This document shows, one piece after another, positions 1-8,405 of a stretch of DNA of 64,000 nucleotides (its first letter is position 1; each line of letters starts with the position of its first letter). The notes beneath the pieces were generated by a model that worked only from the letters and a program-made list of their open reading frames with translations, had not been told where the DNA came from and searched no databases. The stretch comes from Clostridia bacterium (GTDB taxonomy: Bacteria > Bacillota > Clostridia > Oscillospirales > SIG627). Made by a program: the position numbers and the translations under genes. The stretch covers positions 53,125 through 117,124 of the forward strand of contig JAFQMA010000044.1 in NCBI GenBank assembly GCA_017414535.1. The letters run 5' to 3'.

Positions 1-441
1 TTTTCCTCCGCCATTTCCTTCCTGCATCGCACGATGCTGGGTATTGAGCGGGACGTGATGGTCAAGGCGGGCTACAAGGGCTCCTACGCCACCTGTCTCG
101 TAGCACTGGCGCGCAGCGGAGACGGCATGACAGCCGCTGCCCTTTGCCGCCGCTGTGACAAGGATAAGGCGGGCATTTCCCGCATTCTGGCAGATATGTC
201 CTCGGATGGACTTATCTGCCGCACGGGCGATAAGAATCTGTATCGCGCCAAGATCAGCCTGACCCAAAAGGGGCTGAAGGTGGCTCAGTTCGTTTGCCGA
301 AAGGCAGAGGCCGCCGTGGCCAGTGCCGGGGCAGAACTGACCGAGGAGGAAAGGATCATCTTTTACGGAACCCTAAGTAAAATTGCCGCCAATTTAAGAA
401 AGATCCGTAAAAACGGAATTCCCGGGAATATTGAGTTATAA
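1..441 (+). CDS. MarR-family winged-helix transcriptional regulator (N-terminus may lie outside the window)
   Basis: ORF 34..441, but the frame stays open back to nt 1. The wHTH-like segment MTAAALCRRCDKDKAGISRILADMSSDGLICR is typical of MarR/SlyA regulators. Confidence 0.7.
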   Translation, partial: FSSAISFLHRTMLGIERDVMVKAGYKGSYATCLVALARSGDGMTAAALCRRCDKDKAGISRILADMSSDGLICRTGDKNLYRAKISLTQKGLKVAQFVCRKAEAAVASAGAELTEEERIIFYGTLSKIAANLRKIRKNGIPGNIEL

Positions 442-477
442 AAGAAAAATGCGATGACAAGGTCATCGCATTTTTTA
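442..477. terminator. bidirectional rho-independent terminator between convergent genes
   Basis: Hairpin AATGCGATGAC-aag-GTCATCGCATT (448..472), flanked by an A-run and a T-run. Confidence 0.75.
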
Positions 478-1437
478 TATTCTGAATTCCTCCCCGATCA
501 GGTGAGCCTCCTCAAAGGGAGCCTCTGCCAAGGCGGCGCGGATCGCCTCCTCACGGAAGGGTAAGCCCACAAGCAGGCCTTCAAGGCGACAGGCAAGGGA
601 GGGATCCATGGCATCGGTAAAGACCTGTGCCCGTTCCACGGCGGCACCACGCAGAGTCAGACAGAGCTCTACGCCGCCAAAGGAAAAGCGGTGACGGAAG
701 GAAAAATCGAATACGGGGGTTTTCCCCAGATTCCATTCGTCACTTTCAAAGCGAGCCACGTACGTCTCCAGCTCCGACCTTTCCGCAGGGGAAAGCTGGA
801 AATCGGCAAAATAGCCGTATTCCTCCTCAAAGGCGCGACAAAGAGCGTATTTTACGTCCTTGGCGGTCAGGTCCTCCCGAAACTCGGTCAGGTTACACAC
901 GCGACTGCGGACGGAATCGATGCCCTTGGAGCGGATCTTGGCAGGGTCTACCGTCAAATAGCGGGTGAGCCTTTCCAGATCGGAGGACAGGAGCAGGGTG
1001 CCGTGGTAGATTTTATTGCCGCGGCGGTCACAAACGGCGTGCCCGGAGAACTTTTTTCCGTTGACCAGCATATCGTTCCTGCCCGAATACTCACAAGGAA
1101 TGCCAAGGCTTTGAACGGCGCGCAGAACCAGGGAAAGGAATTTGTCCTTATCGTAGCGGTCGCGCCCTGCGATGAAGGAGAAATTCAAATTGCCGCCGTC
1201 ATGATAGACGGCACCGCCGCCGCTGACACGGCGAGCCAACTGAACACCGTCCTCTTTCATGGCAGAAAGATCGCACTCGATCCAAGGATTTTGATTCTTT
1301 CCGACGATAACAGCGTTATCGTTTTGATAGAAATAAAGGATCAGATCCTCAGGGGACACGTGGTCGAGAAACCACTCGTCCGTGGCAAGATTGCGGAAGG
1401 CGGAGCCATCATCTGAAACGAAGAGAAAATTTCTCAT
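475..1437 (-). CDS. lplA: lipoate-protein ligase A family protein
   Basis: 320 aa. Contains RRVSGGGAVYHDGGNLNFSFI and GKKFSGHA, the core motifs of LplA-type lipoate ligases. Confidence 0.85.
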   Translation of the reverse strand: MRNFLFVSDDGSAFRNLATDEWFLDHVSPEDLILYFYQNDNAVIVGKNQNPWIECDLSAMKEDGVQLARRVSGGGAVYHDGGNLNFSFIAGRDRYDKDKFLSLVLRAVQSLGIPCEYSGRNDMLVNGKKFSGHAVCDRRGNKIYHGTLLLSSDLERLTRYLTVDPAKIRSKGIDSVRSRVCNLTEFREDLTAKDVKYALCRAFEEEYGYFADFQLSPAERSELETYVARFESDEWNLGKTPVFDFSFRHRFSFGGVELCLTLRGAAVERAQVFTDAMDPSLACRLEGLLVGLPFREEAIRAALAEAPFEEAHLIGEEFRI

Positions 1438-1513
1438 CCGAGTGCCTCCTTTTTCGTGATAGCATCAGTATAACGAAAAAAATAAAAAAACGCAAGGGGC
1501 AAGGGAAAAGGAT

Positions 1514-1542
1514 TTGACACCGTAAGGGATTTTTTTTATAAT
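1514..1542 (+). promoter_or_regulatory. sigma-A consensus promoter upstream of radA
   Basis: TTGACA (1514..1519), 17-nt spacer, TATAAT (1537..1542). Confidence 0.7.
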
Positions 1543-1569
1543 AGAAGCAGTAAAACAAAAGGAGAAAAC

Positions 1570-2964
1570 ATGGCCGAAAAGAGAAAGACCGTTTATATTT
1601 GCTCTGCCTGCGGGAATGTACAGAGTAAATGGTCGGGACAATGCAAGGAATGCCTTGCCTGGAATACCATGGAGGAAGAGGTGCAGGTGGAGCTTCCCGC
1701 AAAAAAAGGGAAAGCCCCTTCCCTATCCTCGGAGGAATATAGCCCTGCCCAAAGGCTCTGTGAACTGAGGGAGGATCCCATGCAGGGAGAGCGTTATTCC
1801 ACGGGGCTGGGAGAGCTGGACCGTGCCTTGGGCGGTGGCATCGTCCGCGGCTCTGTGGCACTGATCTCCGGTGAGCCCGGTATAGGAAAATCCACCCTTT
1901 TGCTTCAGATCTGCAAGGAGATGCAGGGACTGAAGGTACTTTACGTTTCGGGCGAAGAATCCGCCATGCAGATCCGCATGCGAGCCAAGCGGCTGGGAGC
2001 CCTGACGGACAACATTTACCTGCAGTGCGAAACAGACGTGGACGGCATATTGCCGGAAACGGAGCGGGTACAGCCTGATCTTCTGATCATTGACTCGGTG
2101 CAGACACTGTGCGACAGCGCTCTTTCCGGCTCGCCCGGAAGCTCCTCGCAGGTGAAGAATGCGGCAGGACGGATCCTGGCGCAAACGAAGAAAAGCGGCT
2201 TTTCCACCATTCTGGTGGGCCACGTCAACAAGGACGGTGTCATCGCAGGCCCCAAGCTCTTGGAGCACATGGTAGACGTGGTGCTGTATTTTGAGGGTGA
2301 GCGCACTCAAAGCTGCCGTATTCTCCGCGCCATCAAGAACCGCTACGGCTCCACCAACGAGATCGGTCTGTTTGAAATGACGGATGCGGGTCTGGAGGAG
2401 GTGCCCGATCCCAGCCGCAGACTGCTGGAGGACAGCCCTAAAAACGTATCCGGCTCCTGCCCCGTTTGCCTCATGGAGGGCACGCGCCCCATTATGACCG
2501 AGGTGCAGGCGCTGATCACAAAATCCGTATTTCCCAGTCCAAAAAGGCTTACCAGCGGCTTGGATTTCAATCGCACAGCCATGCTTCTTGCCGTATTGGA
2601 GAAAAGGCTTGGTCTGAAACTATACGACAAAGACGTTTATCTGAACGTGGTGGGCGGACTGCGACTGGATGAGACAGCGGCGGATCTGGGTATTTGCACG
2701 GCAGTGCTTTCCTGCATGCTGGACCTGCGACTTCCCGGATCGCTCCTTGCCATGGGCGAGGTAGGTCTTTCGGGCGAGTGTCGTACGGTGGGTGACAGCG
2801 AGATGCGCGTTGCCGAGGCGGCGCGACTTGGCTTTGAGACCATTCTTCTTCCCCGAGCCCAGGCAGAACGCCTGAAGAAAAAGCCGCGCGGGGTACGCAT
2901 CATCGGCCTGAGAAGCGTTTTTGAGCTGATGCAGAATTTAAAGGAAATCTGCCATGAGGAATGA
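1570..2964 (+). CDS. radA: DNA repair protein RadA/Sms
   Basis: N-terminal zinc ribbon CSACGNVQSKWSGQCKEC, Walker A GEPGIGKST, KNRYG motif and a Lon-like C-terminal domain. Confidence 0.95.
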   Translation: MAEKRKTVYICSACGNVQSKWSGQCKECLAWNTMEEEVQVELPAKKGKAPSLSSEEYSPAQRLCELREDPMQGERYSTGLGELDRALGGGIVRGSVALISGEPGIGKSTLLLQICKEMQGLKVLYVSGEESAMQIRMRAKRLGALTDNIYLQCETDVDGILPETERVQPDLLIIDSVQTLCDSALSGSPGSSSQVKNAAGRILAQTKKSGFSTILVGHVNKDGVIAGPKLLEHMVDVVLYFEGERTQSCRILRAIKNRYGSTNEIGLFEMTDAGLEEVPDPSRRLLEDSPKNVSGSCPVCLMEGTRPIMTEVQALITKSVFPSPKRLTSGLDFNRTAMLLAVLEKRLGLKLYDKDVYLNVVGGLRLDETAADLGICTAVLSCMLDLRLPGSLLAMGEVGLSGECRTVGDSEMRVAEAARLGFETILLPRAQAERLKKKPRGVRIIGLRSVFELMQNLKEICHEE

Positions 2965-3565
2965 AAAGGAGCGCCTTGCGGCGCTGGAGAATTTCAACTT
3001 CGAGGATCTGGTGAGTCTCGTGCGGGTGCTTCGCGGTCCCGAGGGCTGTCCCTGGGATCAGGCACAGGGACACCACGATCTGAGGAACAACATGGTAGAG
3101 GAGGCCTATGAGGTCTGCGAGGGCATTGACAGGGATAATAACGAGCTTCTCTGCGAGGAGCTGGGAGACGTGCTTTTGCAGGTGGTCTTCCACGCGGGCA
3201 TCGCCGAGGATGAAAATGCCTTTACCACCGAGGACGTGATCGGCGGCATTTGCCGAAAAATGATCCGCAGACACCCCCACGTATTTGAGGAGGGGCAGGA
3301 GCAGGAAAGCTGGGAGGAGCTGAAGCGCCGAGAAAAGGGGGAACGAAGTCAAAAAGAGACCCTTGCCCGCATTTCCCGTGCATTCCCCTCCCTGACCCGC
3401 GCAAAAAAATTCTTGGAAAAGGGCGTGAGCGCCCCCGAGGCCGTACCCGCTCTCCGTGACAAAAAGGAGGCAGGCGAGGCACTTTTTGCACTGGTGGCGG
3501 CCTGCAGAGCAAAGGGCATCGATCCCGAGGAGGCATTGAACGGATATTTGAACGATTTGTTGTGA
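2954..3565 (+). CDS. mazG: MazG-family nucleoside triphosphate pyrophosphohydrolase (YabN-like)
   Basis: CPWDQAQ..L..NMVEEAYEV and EELGDVLLQV MazG motifs. Sits at the yabN position upstream of yabO/P/Q. Confidence 0.85.
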   Translation: MRNEKERLAALENFNFEDLVSLVRVLRGPEGCPWDQAQGHHDLRNNMVEEAYEVCEGIDRDNNELLCEELGDVLLQVVFHAGIAEDENAFTTEDVIGGICRKMIRRHPHVFEEGQEQESWEELKRREKGERSQKETLARISRAFPSLTRAKKFLEKGVSAPEAVPALRDKKEAGEALFALVAACRAKGIDPEEALNGYLNDLL

Positions 3566-3622
3566 TTTGGCACAATTTATGAACGATTTATTTGTATTTT
3601 TCGTTGAAAATGTAAAAAAATA

Positions 3623-3651
3623 TTGAAAAAATCTGTCTTGCGTGGTACAAT
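3623..3651 (+). promoter_or_regulatory. sigma-A type promoter with extended -10 upstream of hup
   Basis: TTGAAA (3623..3628), 17-nt spacer, TGgTACAAT (3643..3651). Confidence 0.6.
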
Positions 3652-3703
3652 ATCAACAAGCATATATTTCATTTAAAAACAAGTGAAAAAGGAGCTTACA
3701 CGT

Positions 3704-3979
3704 ATGAACAAGACCCAATTGACAGAGCTTGTTGCTGCCAAAACCAAAATGAAAAAGAAGGATGCGGAAGCCGCAGTCAGTCAGGTCTTTGCCTGCATCA
3801 CCGAGGCCCTGGTGAACGGTGAAAAGGTGCAGATCTCCGGTTTCGGCAGCTTCGAATCCAAGGAGCGTGCCGCCAGAATCGGCCGCAACCCCCACACTCA
3901 TGAGGAAATGGAGATCCCCGCTTTTAAAAGTGCCGGCTTCTCCCCTTCCAGGACATTGAAGAGCGCCATCAACAAATAA
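3704..3979 (+). CDS. hup: DNA-binding protein HU
   Basis: MNKTQLTELVA..GFGSFESKERAARIGRNPHT is an HU/IHF signature. AAGGAG sits 8 nt upstream of ATG 3704, so the GTG 3683 start in the ORF track is rejected. Confidence 0.93.
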   Translation: MNKTQLTELVAAKTKMKKKDAEAAVSQVFACITEALVNGEKVQISGFGSFESKERAARIGRNPHTHEEMEIPAFKSAGFSPSRTLKSAINK

Positions 3980-4028
3980 GGATTGAAACGAGTTGCCCTT
4001 CTTGGGCAGCTCGTTTGCTATTACTGCT

Positions 4029-4271
4029 ATGAGACTTGATAAGTATTTAAAGGTATCCCGTATTATTAAAAGAAGGACCGTGGCTTGCGATGCCTGCACC
4101 GACGGACACGTTTTGGTGGGAGGCAAGGTCGCAAAGCCCTCATACGAGGTGAAGCTCGGCGACGTCATTGAGATCCATTTCGGCGAGCGGATCTTTCGAT
4201 GCCGCGTAAAGAGCACACCGGAGCACGTTGGCAAAAACGAAGCAGACAGCCTTTACGAGGTGCTTTCTTAG
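4029..4271 (+). CDS. yabO: S4-domain RNA-binding protein YabO
   Basis: MRLDKYLKVSRIIKRRTVA is an S4 motif closely resembling B. subtilis YabO. Position before yabP is conserved. Confidence 0.85.
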   Translation: MRLDKYLKVSRIIKRRTVACDACTDGHVLVGGKVAKPSYEVKLGDVIEIHFGERIFRCRVKSTPEHVGKNEADSLYEVLS

Positions 4272-4319
4272 GAATAAAAACTGTTTGCCCGTCATAAAAT
4301 GCCCCGAGGTGAGCATTTT

Positions 4320-4586
4320 ATGGATGAAAAGAAGAATACGGTTATATTGGAGGAAAGACACCGTCTTTCCGTCACGGGGGTGACCAGCGTCATCCGCTTT
4401 GAGGAAAAGGAAGCAGAGCTGGCAACAGAGCAGGGCCCTCTCCTTTTGACGGGCGAGGGGCTTCATCTGGATGGGCTGGATGCGGAAGGCGGCAAGGTCG
4501 TTTTATCGGGGCTGATTCGCAGTCTATATTGGCCGGACGACGAGGGACGAGAAAAAAAGGGGCTTTTCCGAGGACTCTTTTCCTGA
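4320..4586 (+). CDS. yabP: sporulation protein YabP
   Basis: ILEERHRLSVTGVTSVIRFEE..LLLTGEGLHL matches the YabP family pattern. GAGGTG Shine-Dalgarno before ATG 4320. Confidence 0.85.
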   Translation: MDEKKNTVILEERHRLSVTGVTSVIRFEEKEAELATEQGPLLLTGEGLHLDGLDAEGGKVVLSGLIRSLYWPDDEGREKKGLFRGLFS

Positions 4587-5083
4587 TGGAGAACCTGATC
4601 TATTCGGATACAAGGCTGTTTTTCCTGTCCATCGGGCTTGGCCTTTTAGCGGGGCTTTACTACGAGTTTTTTCGCTTATTGCGTTTGGCTCTGCCTCACG
4701 GGGCGGTGCTGTGCGGGCTGGAGGATCTGCTGTTTTTTCTGCCTGTGACCTTCGTTTTTCTCGTCTTTACCTACGTTTTTTCCGACGGAACGGTGCGCTG
4801 GTTTTCCGTGGCGGGGCTGGGCGCGGGCTTTCTTTTATACTTAGGCACGGTAGGCAAGGTCATTCACGCACTGTCCGGCAGGATCATTCGTTTTATCAGA
4901 CGCCTTTTAAAGCTGATCCTGCGCATCACCGTCCTTCCCCTTTACAACGTTTTCAAAAATATAACAAATCGTCTATTTAATCGTATACAAAAAGGGATTA
5001 TAATAAAAAAAGAGCGCCGCAGAAAAGCCCGCTCTGAAAAGGAAAAGAAGCGGCTGATCTCTTTTGCGGAGAAAGGCTTTTAA
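4586..5083 (+). CDS. yabQ: spore cortex biosynthesis protein YabQ
   Basis: Membrane protein beginning MENLIY. Its ATG overlaps the yabP stop (TGATG). Synteny yabP-yabQ-divIC. Confidence 0.8.
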   Translation: MENLIYSDTRLFFLSIGLGLLAGLYYEFFRLLRLALPHGAVLCGLEDLLFFLPVTFVFLVFTYVFSDGTVRWFSVAGLGAGFLLYLGTVGKVIHALSGRIIRFIRRLLKLILRITVLPLYNVFKNITNRLFNRIQKGIIIKKERRRKARSEKEKKRLISFAEKGF

Positions 5084-5098
5084 AAATTAAGGAGCATT

Positions 5099-5377
5099 AT
5101 GCGACACAGACTGGGTTTTTTTGCAAAGCTTGCCGTAGTGGCGATCATTTTCTTTTTGGTGATCTCCATTGTGGACAAGAATATTGAGATCAACGCGCTG
5201 AAAAAGGAAAAGGAAAAGCTGGAGGCGGAGCAGCAGATCTATACGCTGAAGGTGGAACGACTCAATTCCCAGCTGGAGGAAGAGGTCACCGAGGAGACCA
5301 TCAAGCGCATTGCCATGGAAAAGCTGAATTTAAGAGAAGCGGGAGACCTGATCTATTCCAACGATCTCCCTAACTGA
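5099..5377 (+). CDS. divIC: septum formation initiator (DivIC/FtsB family)
   Basis: 92 aa: one N-terminal TM helix followed by a coiled coil (LKKEKEKLEAEQQIYTLKVERLNSQLEE). Follows yabQ. Confidence 0.85.
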   Translation: MRHRLGFFAKLAVVAIIFFLVISIVDKNIEINALKKEKEKLEAEQQIYTLKVERLNSQLEEEVTEETIKRIAMEKLNLREAGDLIYSNDLPN

Positions 5378-5380
5378 GAA

Positions 5381-5409
5381 AAAGCCGCTAATGCGGCTTT
5401 TCTTTTTTT
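5381..5409 (+). terminator. rho-independent terminator after divIC
   Basis: AAAGCCGC-taat-GCGGCTTT followed by a T-run. Confidence 0.8.
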
Positions 5410-5460
5410 GAATAAAAACTCCTTTCGCGGTAAAAATAGCAGTAAAGAAAAAACGAAAGG

Positions 5461-6168
5461 ATGAGACCCATGACAAACAAAAAGAAAACGCAGAATACTG
5501 CAGGCGGGGGCTTATACATAGCTCTTGCTATATGTATTCTTTCCGTCATTTGCATCGGCGTTTACAGCGCAATCATCAACATTTTCGATACCACTCCATT
5601 GGAAAGCCCGATTCCTAACGGCACGAGCATTCCCCTCGGCACAAGCAAGGATAATCCCGTTACGCCGCCCGTTACCACTCTGCCTCCTCAGGCTGATGTG
5701 GATGCACCTATCCCCGACGAGGAGCCCGATGAAAGCGTCAACGTGACTCCCGACCCGCCCAGCTATACGCTTCCCGTGGCAGGCAGTGTGACCAAGCCCT
5801 TCTCCGCGGACGTTTTGGTCTATTCCGAGACCATGAACGATTATCGCCTTCACAACGGTGTGGATCTTGCCGCCACCATCGGAACACCCGTGAAGGTGTT
5901 CAGCGAGGGCGTGGTGTGTGAGATCTACGAAGATCCTCTCATGGGCATGACGGTAAAGGTTGACCACGGCGGTGGGCTCATCAGCGTCTATCAGAATCTT
6001 TCTACCAGCCTTGCCGCAGGCATTGAATGCGGTGTGAAGGTAGAGGAGGGTCAGGTACTCGGCGGGGTAGGAGAGACGGTCCTCATTGAGTGTGCCGAGG
6101 CGCCTCACTTGCACTTTGAGGTACAAAAAAACGGAAAGCCCGTGGATCCCATGAGCTATTTTCAGTAA
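5461..6168 (+). CDS. membrane-anchored M23/LytM metallopeptidase (possible SpoIIQ equivalent)
   Basis: N-terminal TM helix (LYIALAICILSVICIGVYSAIINIF), Pro-rich linker, and a LytM domain with intact HxxxD (HNGVD) and HxH (HLHFEV) motifs. Confidence 0.85.
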   Translation: MRPMTNKKKTQNTAGGGLYIALAICILSVICIGVYSAIINIFDTTPLESPIPNGTSIPLGTSKDNPVTPPVTTLPPQADVDAPIPDEEPDESVNVTPDPPSYTLPVAGSVTKPFSADVLVYSETMNDYRLHNGVDLAATIGTPVKVFSEGVVCEIYEDPLMGMTVKVDHGGGLISVYQNLSTSLAAGIECGVKVEEGQVLGGVGETVLIECAEAPHLHFEVQKNGKPVDPMSYFQ

Positions 6169-6169
6169 A

Positions 6170-6196
6170 AAAAGCAGGCTAGGCCTGCTTTTTTTG
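6170..6196 (+). terminator. rho-independent terminator
   Basis: AGCAGGC-tag-GCCTGCT followed by TTTTTTT. Confidence 0.8.
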
Positions 6197-6251
6197 CACC
6201 TTTTCTCCTCTTTTGCATAAACTGCAATAAGACTGAATGAGGGAGGATCTC

Positions 6252-7055
6252 ATGGAACAAACGAAACAAAACCGCAGGGGCGCCGATCACGACGGGACCT
6301 GCATTGATACGCGGCGCATTCTGGACGCTTGTCGCACCAGAGAATGTGTTGAAAACGCTCACCTGATGCTGACGGCCCGCGGCCACGAGCTGCTACAGGA
6401 GGCGTCGGGAGCCAGGCTGCAGAATCTGCAGGTATTGAGCACGGGGATCGAAGCGGAGCCACTTCCCTTCCGAGAAGGGTATTTTCGCATACGCCTTCGG
6501 TATTACTTAAAGGGTGTGCTGGAGCTTTCCATGGAAAAAGGCGTAACGCGGCAGATCGCAGGGCTTTGCGCAGCTGAGGAGGCAGTAGTGCTGTACGGCG
6601 GCGAAGGAAAAACGGCAAGCTTCTCCAAGCAGTTCGATGAAAACAGCTTTTTGCAATGCGAGGGAGAAGAGCTTCCCCGAAGATGCCTCTCCTTCTGTAC
6701 CACGGTGGAGGTAGCTCAGCCCGTGGCTCTGCGTCTGAACGTGGTGCCATACGATCCTGCGGGATGCTTCGGTGTCCATCTGATCTCAGCCAAGGACGTG
6801 CCCTCTTCTCTGGCAGAGCAATTTGAGGAGCCCTTGACGGATGCCGTGCCCTGCGGGAAGACCTGCTATCTTTCCTTCGGTCTGTTTGCGCTGGTGCGCA
6901 CGACAGCGCCCGCCCAGCTGGTGATCCCTGCCTGCGACCTGTGCGTCCCCGCCAAAAGCGGCTGTGACGAGGTGAAGGATCCCGATCCCTGCGCGCTATT
7001 TCGCAGCATGGAATTTCCCGTAGAGGAATTCTGCGGTGAAGGTGAGAAGGAATGA
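6252..7055 (+). CDS. hypothetical protein, Cys-containing, no recognisable family
   Basis: GGGAGG Shine-Dalgarno before ATG 6252. Balanced amino-acid composition, unlike the R/P/S-rich antisense ORF. Bounded by terminators on both sides. Confidence 0.65.
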   Translation: MEQTKQNRRGADHDGTCIDTRRILDACRTRECVENAHLMLTARGHELLQEASGARLQNLQVLSTGIEAEPLPFREGYFRIRLRYYLKGVLELSMEKGVTRQIAGLCAAEEAVVLYGGEGKTASFSKQFDENSFLQCEGEELPRRCLSFCTTVEVAQPVALRLNVVPYDPAGCFGVHLISAKDVPSSLAEQFEEPLTDAVPCGKTCYLSFGLFALVRTTAPAQLVIPACDLCVPAKSGCDEVKDPDPCALFRSMEFPVEEFCGEGEKE

Positions 7056-7064
7056 AACGAAAAA

Positions 7065-7092
7065 ACAGATGCCTTGCATGCAAGGCATCTGT
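7065..7092. terminator. bidirectional terminator between convergent genes
   Basis: Perfect 13-bp stem ACAGATGCCTTGC-at-GCAAGGCATCTGT, with an A-run upstream and a T-run downstream. Confidence 0.85.
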
Positions 7093-7099
7093 TTTTGTT

Positions 7100-8281
7100 T
7101 TAGACGAGTCGGCCCTTGTAGAGGGTATGCACCTCGCCGTTGGAGGTGCGAGCATAAAATTCAACGCGGGTCTCCTTGCCGCAGAGGGCTTCCCAAGCAG
7201 CGGGATCGGCTCCCAGCTCCTCCAGGGTGATCTCCTTCTTGCGGAAGGTCTTGGCAAGGTTCAGGGGATAATGCTCCTTCTTGATGAGATTGCCTTCCTT
7301 ATCACGGAAAACAAGCTTCAAATCGGAGAACACGTAGTTGGAGCCGAACATTTCGGTAAGAAGCTGGCCGGGCGTTGCCTTGGCAGGCAGCTCGGGAATC
7401 TCCAGCTTCACGGGAGAGACGGGCTTCTCGCCGCAGAGCTCGGGGATGGTAAAGGGCAGATAGCCCTTTTCGATGAGATAATCAAAGGTGTAGCAGCTTT
7501 CATAGCCGGGGGCCAGATAGATGAACACGCCGTTTTCCTGCACGCCAATGCTTCTCATGCCCGTGGTCTGATGCTGAACGGTGATGGTGCTGGTGCCGAG
7601 GATCTTGCCGTTTTCGTCACGCTTGATATCGGCAGGACCTGCCACCATCATCACGTGAGCATTGGTACCGGTCACGAGGCCGTCGGCCTTTTTAACCATA
7701 GCATAAGCCTCGTACATGCCCTCGGGCGTAACGGCGCGGCAAAGCTCAACGGTGCTGATATCCGCCAGACTGTTGGGAGCGGAGAAGGGGGGCGCGTTGT
7801 ACACCTCGTTCAGACGCTGGCCCAGGTATCTGGCACCGCGGGGAGGATTGATATAGGCGGTGCCGCCCCAAATAATGGTGTTGGATACTCTCGCCCAGCC
7901 CCAGAAGGAATCGGCGGAGCACTGGTTACCGAGAATGGTGCCTGCTCTGTCCCCCATGGAAAGCGTATCCATGATACCCGTTTTTTCATCGTACCACTCC
8001 TCCATCAGCTGATAAAGGTTGGAGAAGGTAGAGGATACGTAGGGCATGCCTGCATACACGTGCTGAGGCTGGTAGAGATCCTTATCGGCACGGATAAGAA
8101 TGGGAGAGTTGGGTTTCCATGCAAAATTCAGCTGATAATGCATAAAATCCCAGCAAATATCGCGAAGCTCGTCCTCGCTCATTCCTTCGTGAGCAACGGG
8201 AATGGCATTGATATCATCCCAGGTCAAGGGCTTTGCCAGGGACTCGCAGTCCCACGTGGGGGGATAGTTTTTCTGTTCCAT
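7100..8281 (-). CDS. array paralog A: putative Cys-His hydrolase module without signal peptide
   Basis: Carries the family motifs YAGMPYVSSTFSNLYQLM, GNQCSADSFWGWARVSNT, ADGLVTGTNAHVMMV, VQHQTT and GYLPFTIPEL. ATG 8281 with a GAAAGGA Shine-Dalgarno is preferred, because TTG 8347 lies upstream of the likely -10. Confidence 0.8.
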   Translation of the reverse strand: MEQKNYPPTWDCESLAKPLTWDDINAIPVAHEGMSEDELRDICWDFMHYQLNFAWKPNSPILIRADKDLYQPQHVYAGMPYVSSTFSNLYQLMEEWYDEKTGIMDTLSMGDRAGTILGNQCSADSFWGWARVSNTIIWGGTAYINPPRGARYLGQRLNEVYNAPPFSAPNSLADISTVELCRAVTPEGMYEAYAMVKKADGLVTGTNAHVMMVAGPADIKRDENGKILGTSTITVQHQTTGMRSIGVQENGVFIYLAPGYESCYTFDYLIEKGYLPFTIPELCGEKPVSPVKLEIPELPAKATPGQLLTEMFGSNYVFSDLKLVFRDKEGNLIKKEHYPLNLAKTFRKKEITLEELGADPAAWEALCGKETRVEFYARTSNGEVHTLYKGRLV

Positions 8282-8319
8282 AACAATTCCTTTCGGGAGC
8301 AGTTTTTTAGTGTTAGTAT

Positions 8320-8328
8320 ATTTTAGCA
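8320..8328 (-). promoter_or_regulatory. extended -10 element (TGCTAAAAT) for paralog A
   Basis: The minus strand reads TATGCTAAAATATACT, related to the motifs upstream of paralogs C and G. Confidence 0.45.
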
Positions 8329-8405
8329 TATTCTTTTTTCCTTGCAAAGGCTTTTTTGCAAAAAAAGGAAAAAAGCACGCAAAAAGCGTACTTTTTTCGA
8401 GTGTT

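Noticed and set aside
6250-7257. 335-aa minus-strand ORF overlapping the orphan gene and the terminator.
   Set aside because: Extreme R/P/S composition. It crosses the 7065..7092 bidirectional terminator and the 3' end of paralog A. The plus-strand ORF has a Shine-Dalgarno and normal composition.
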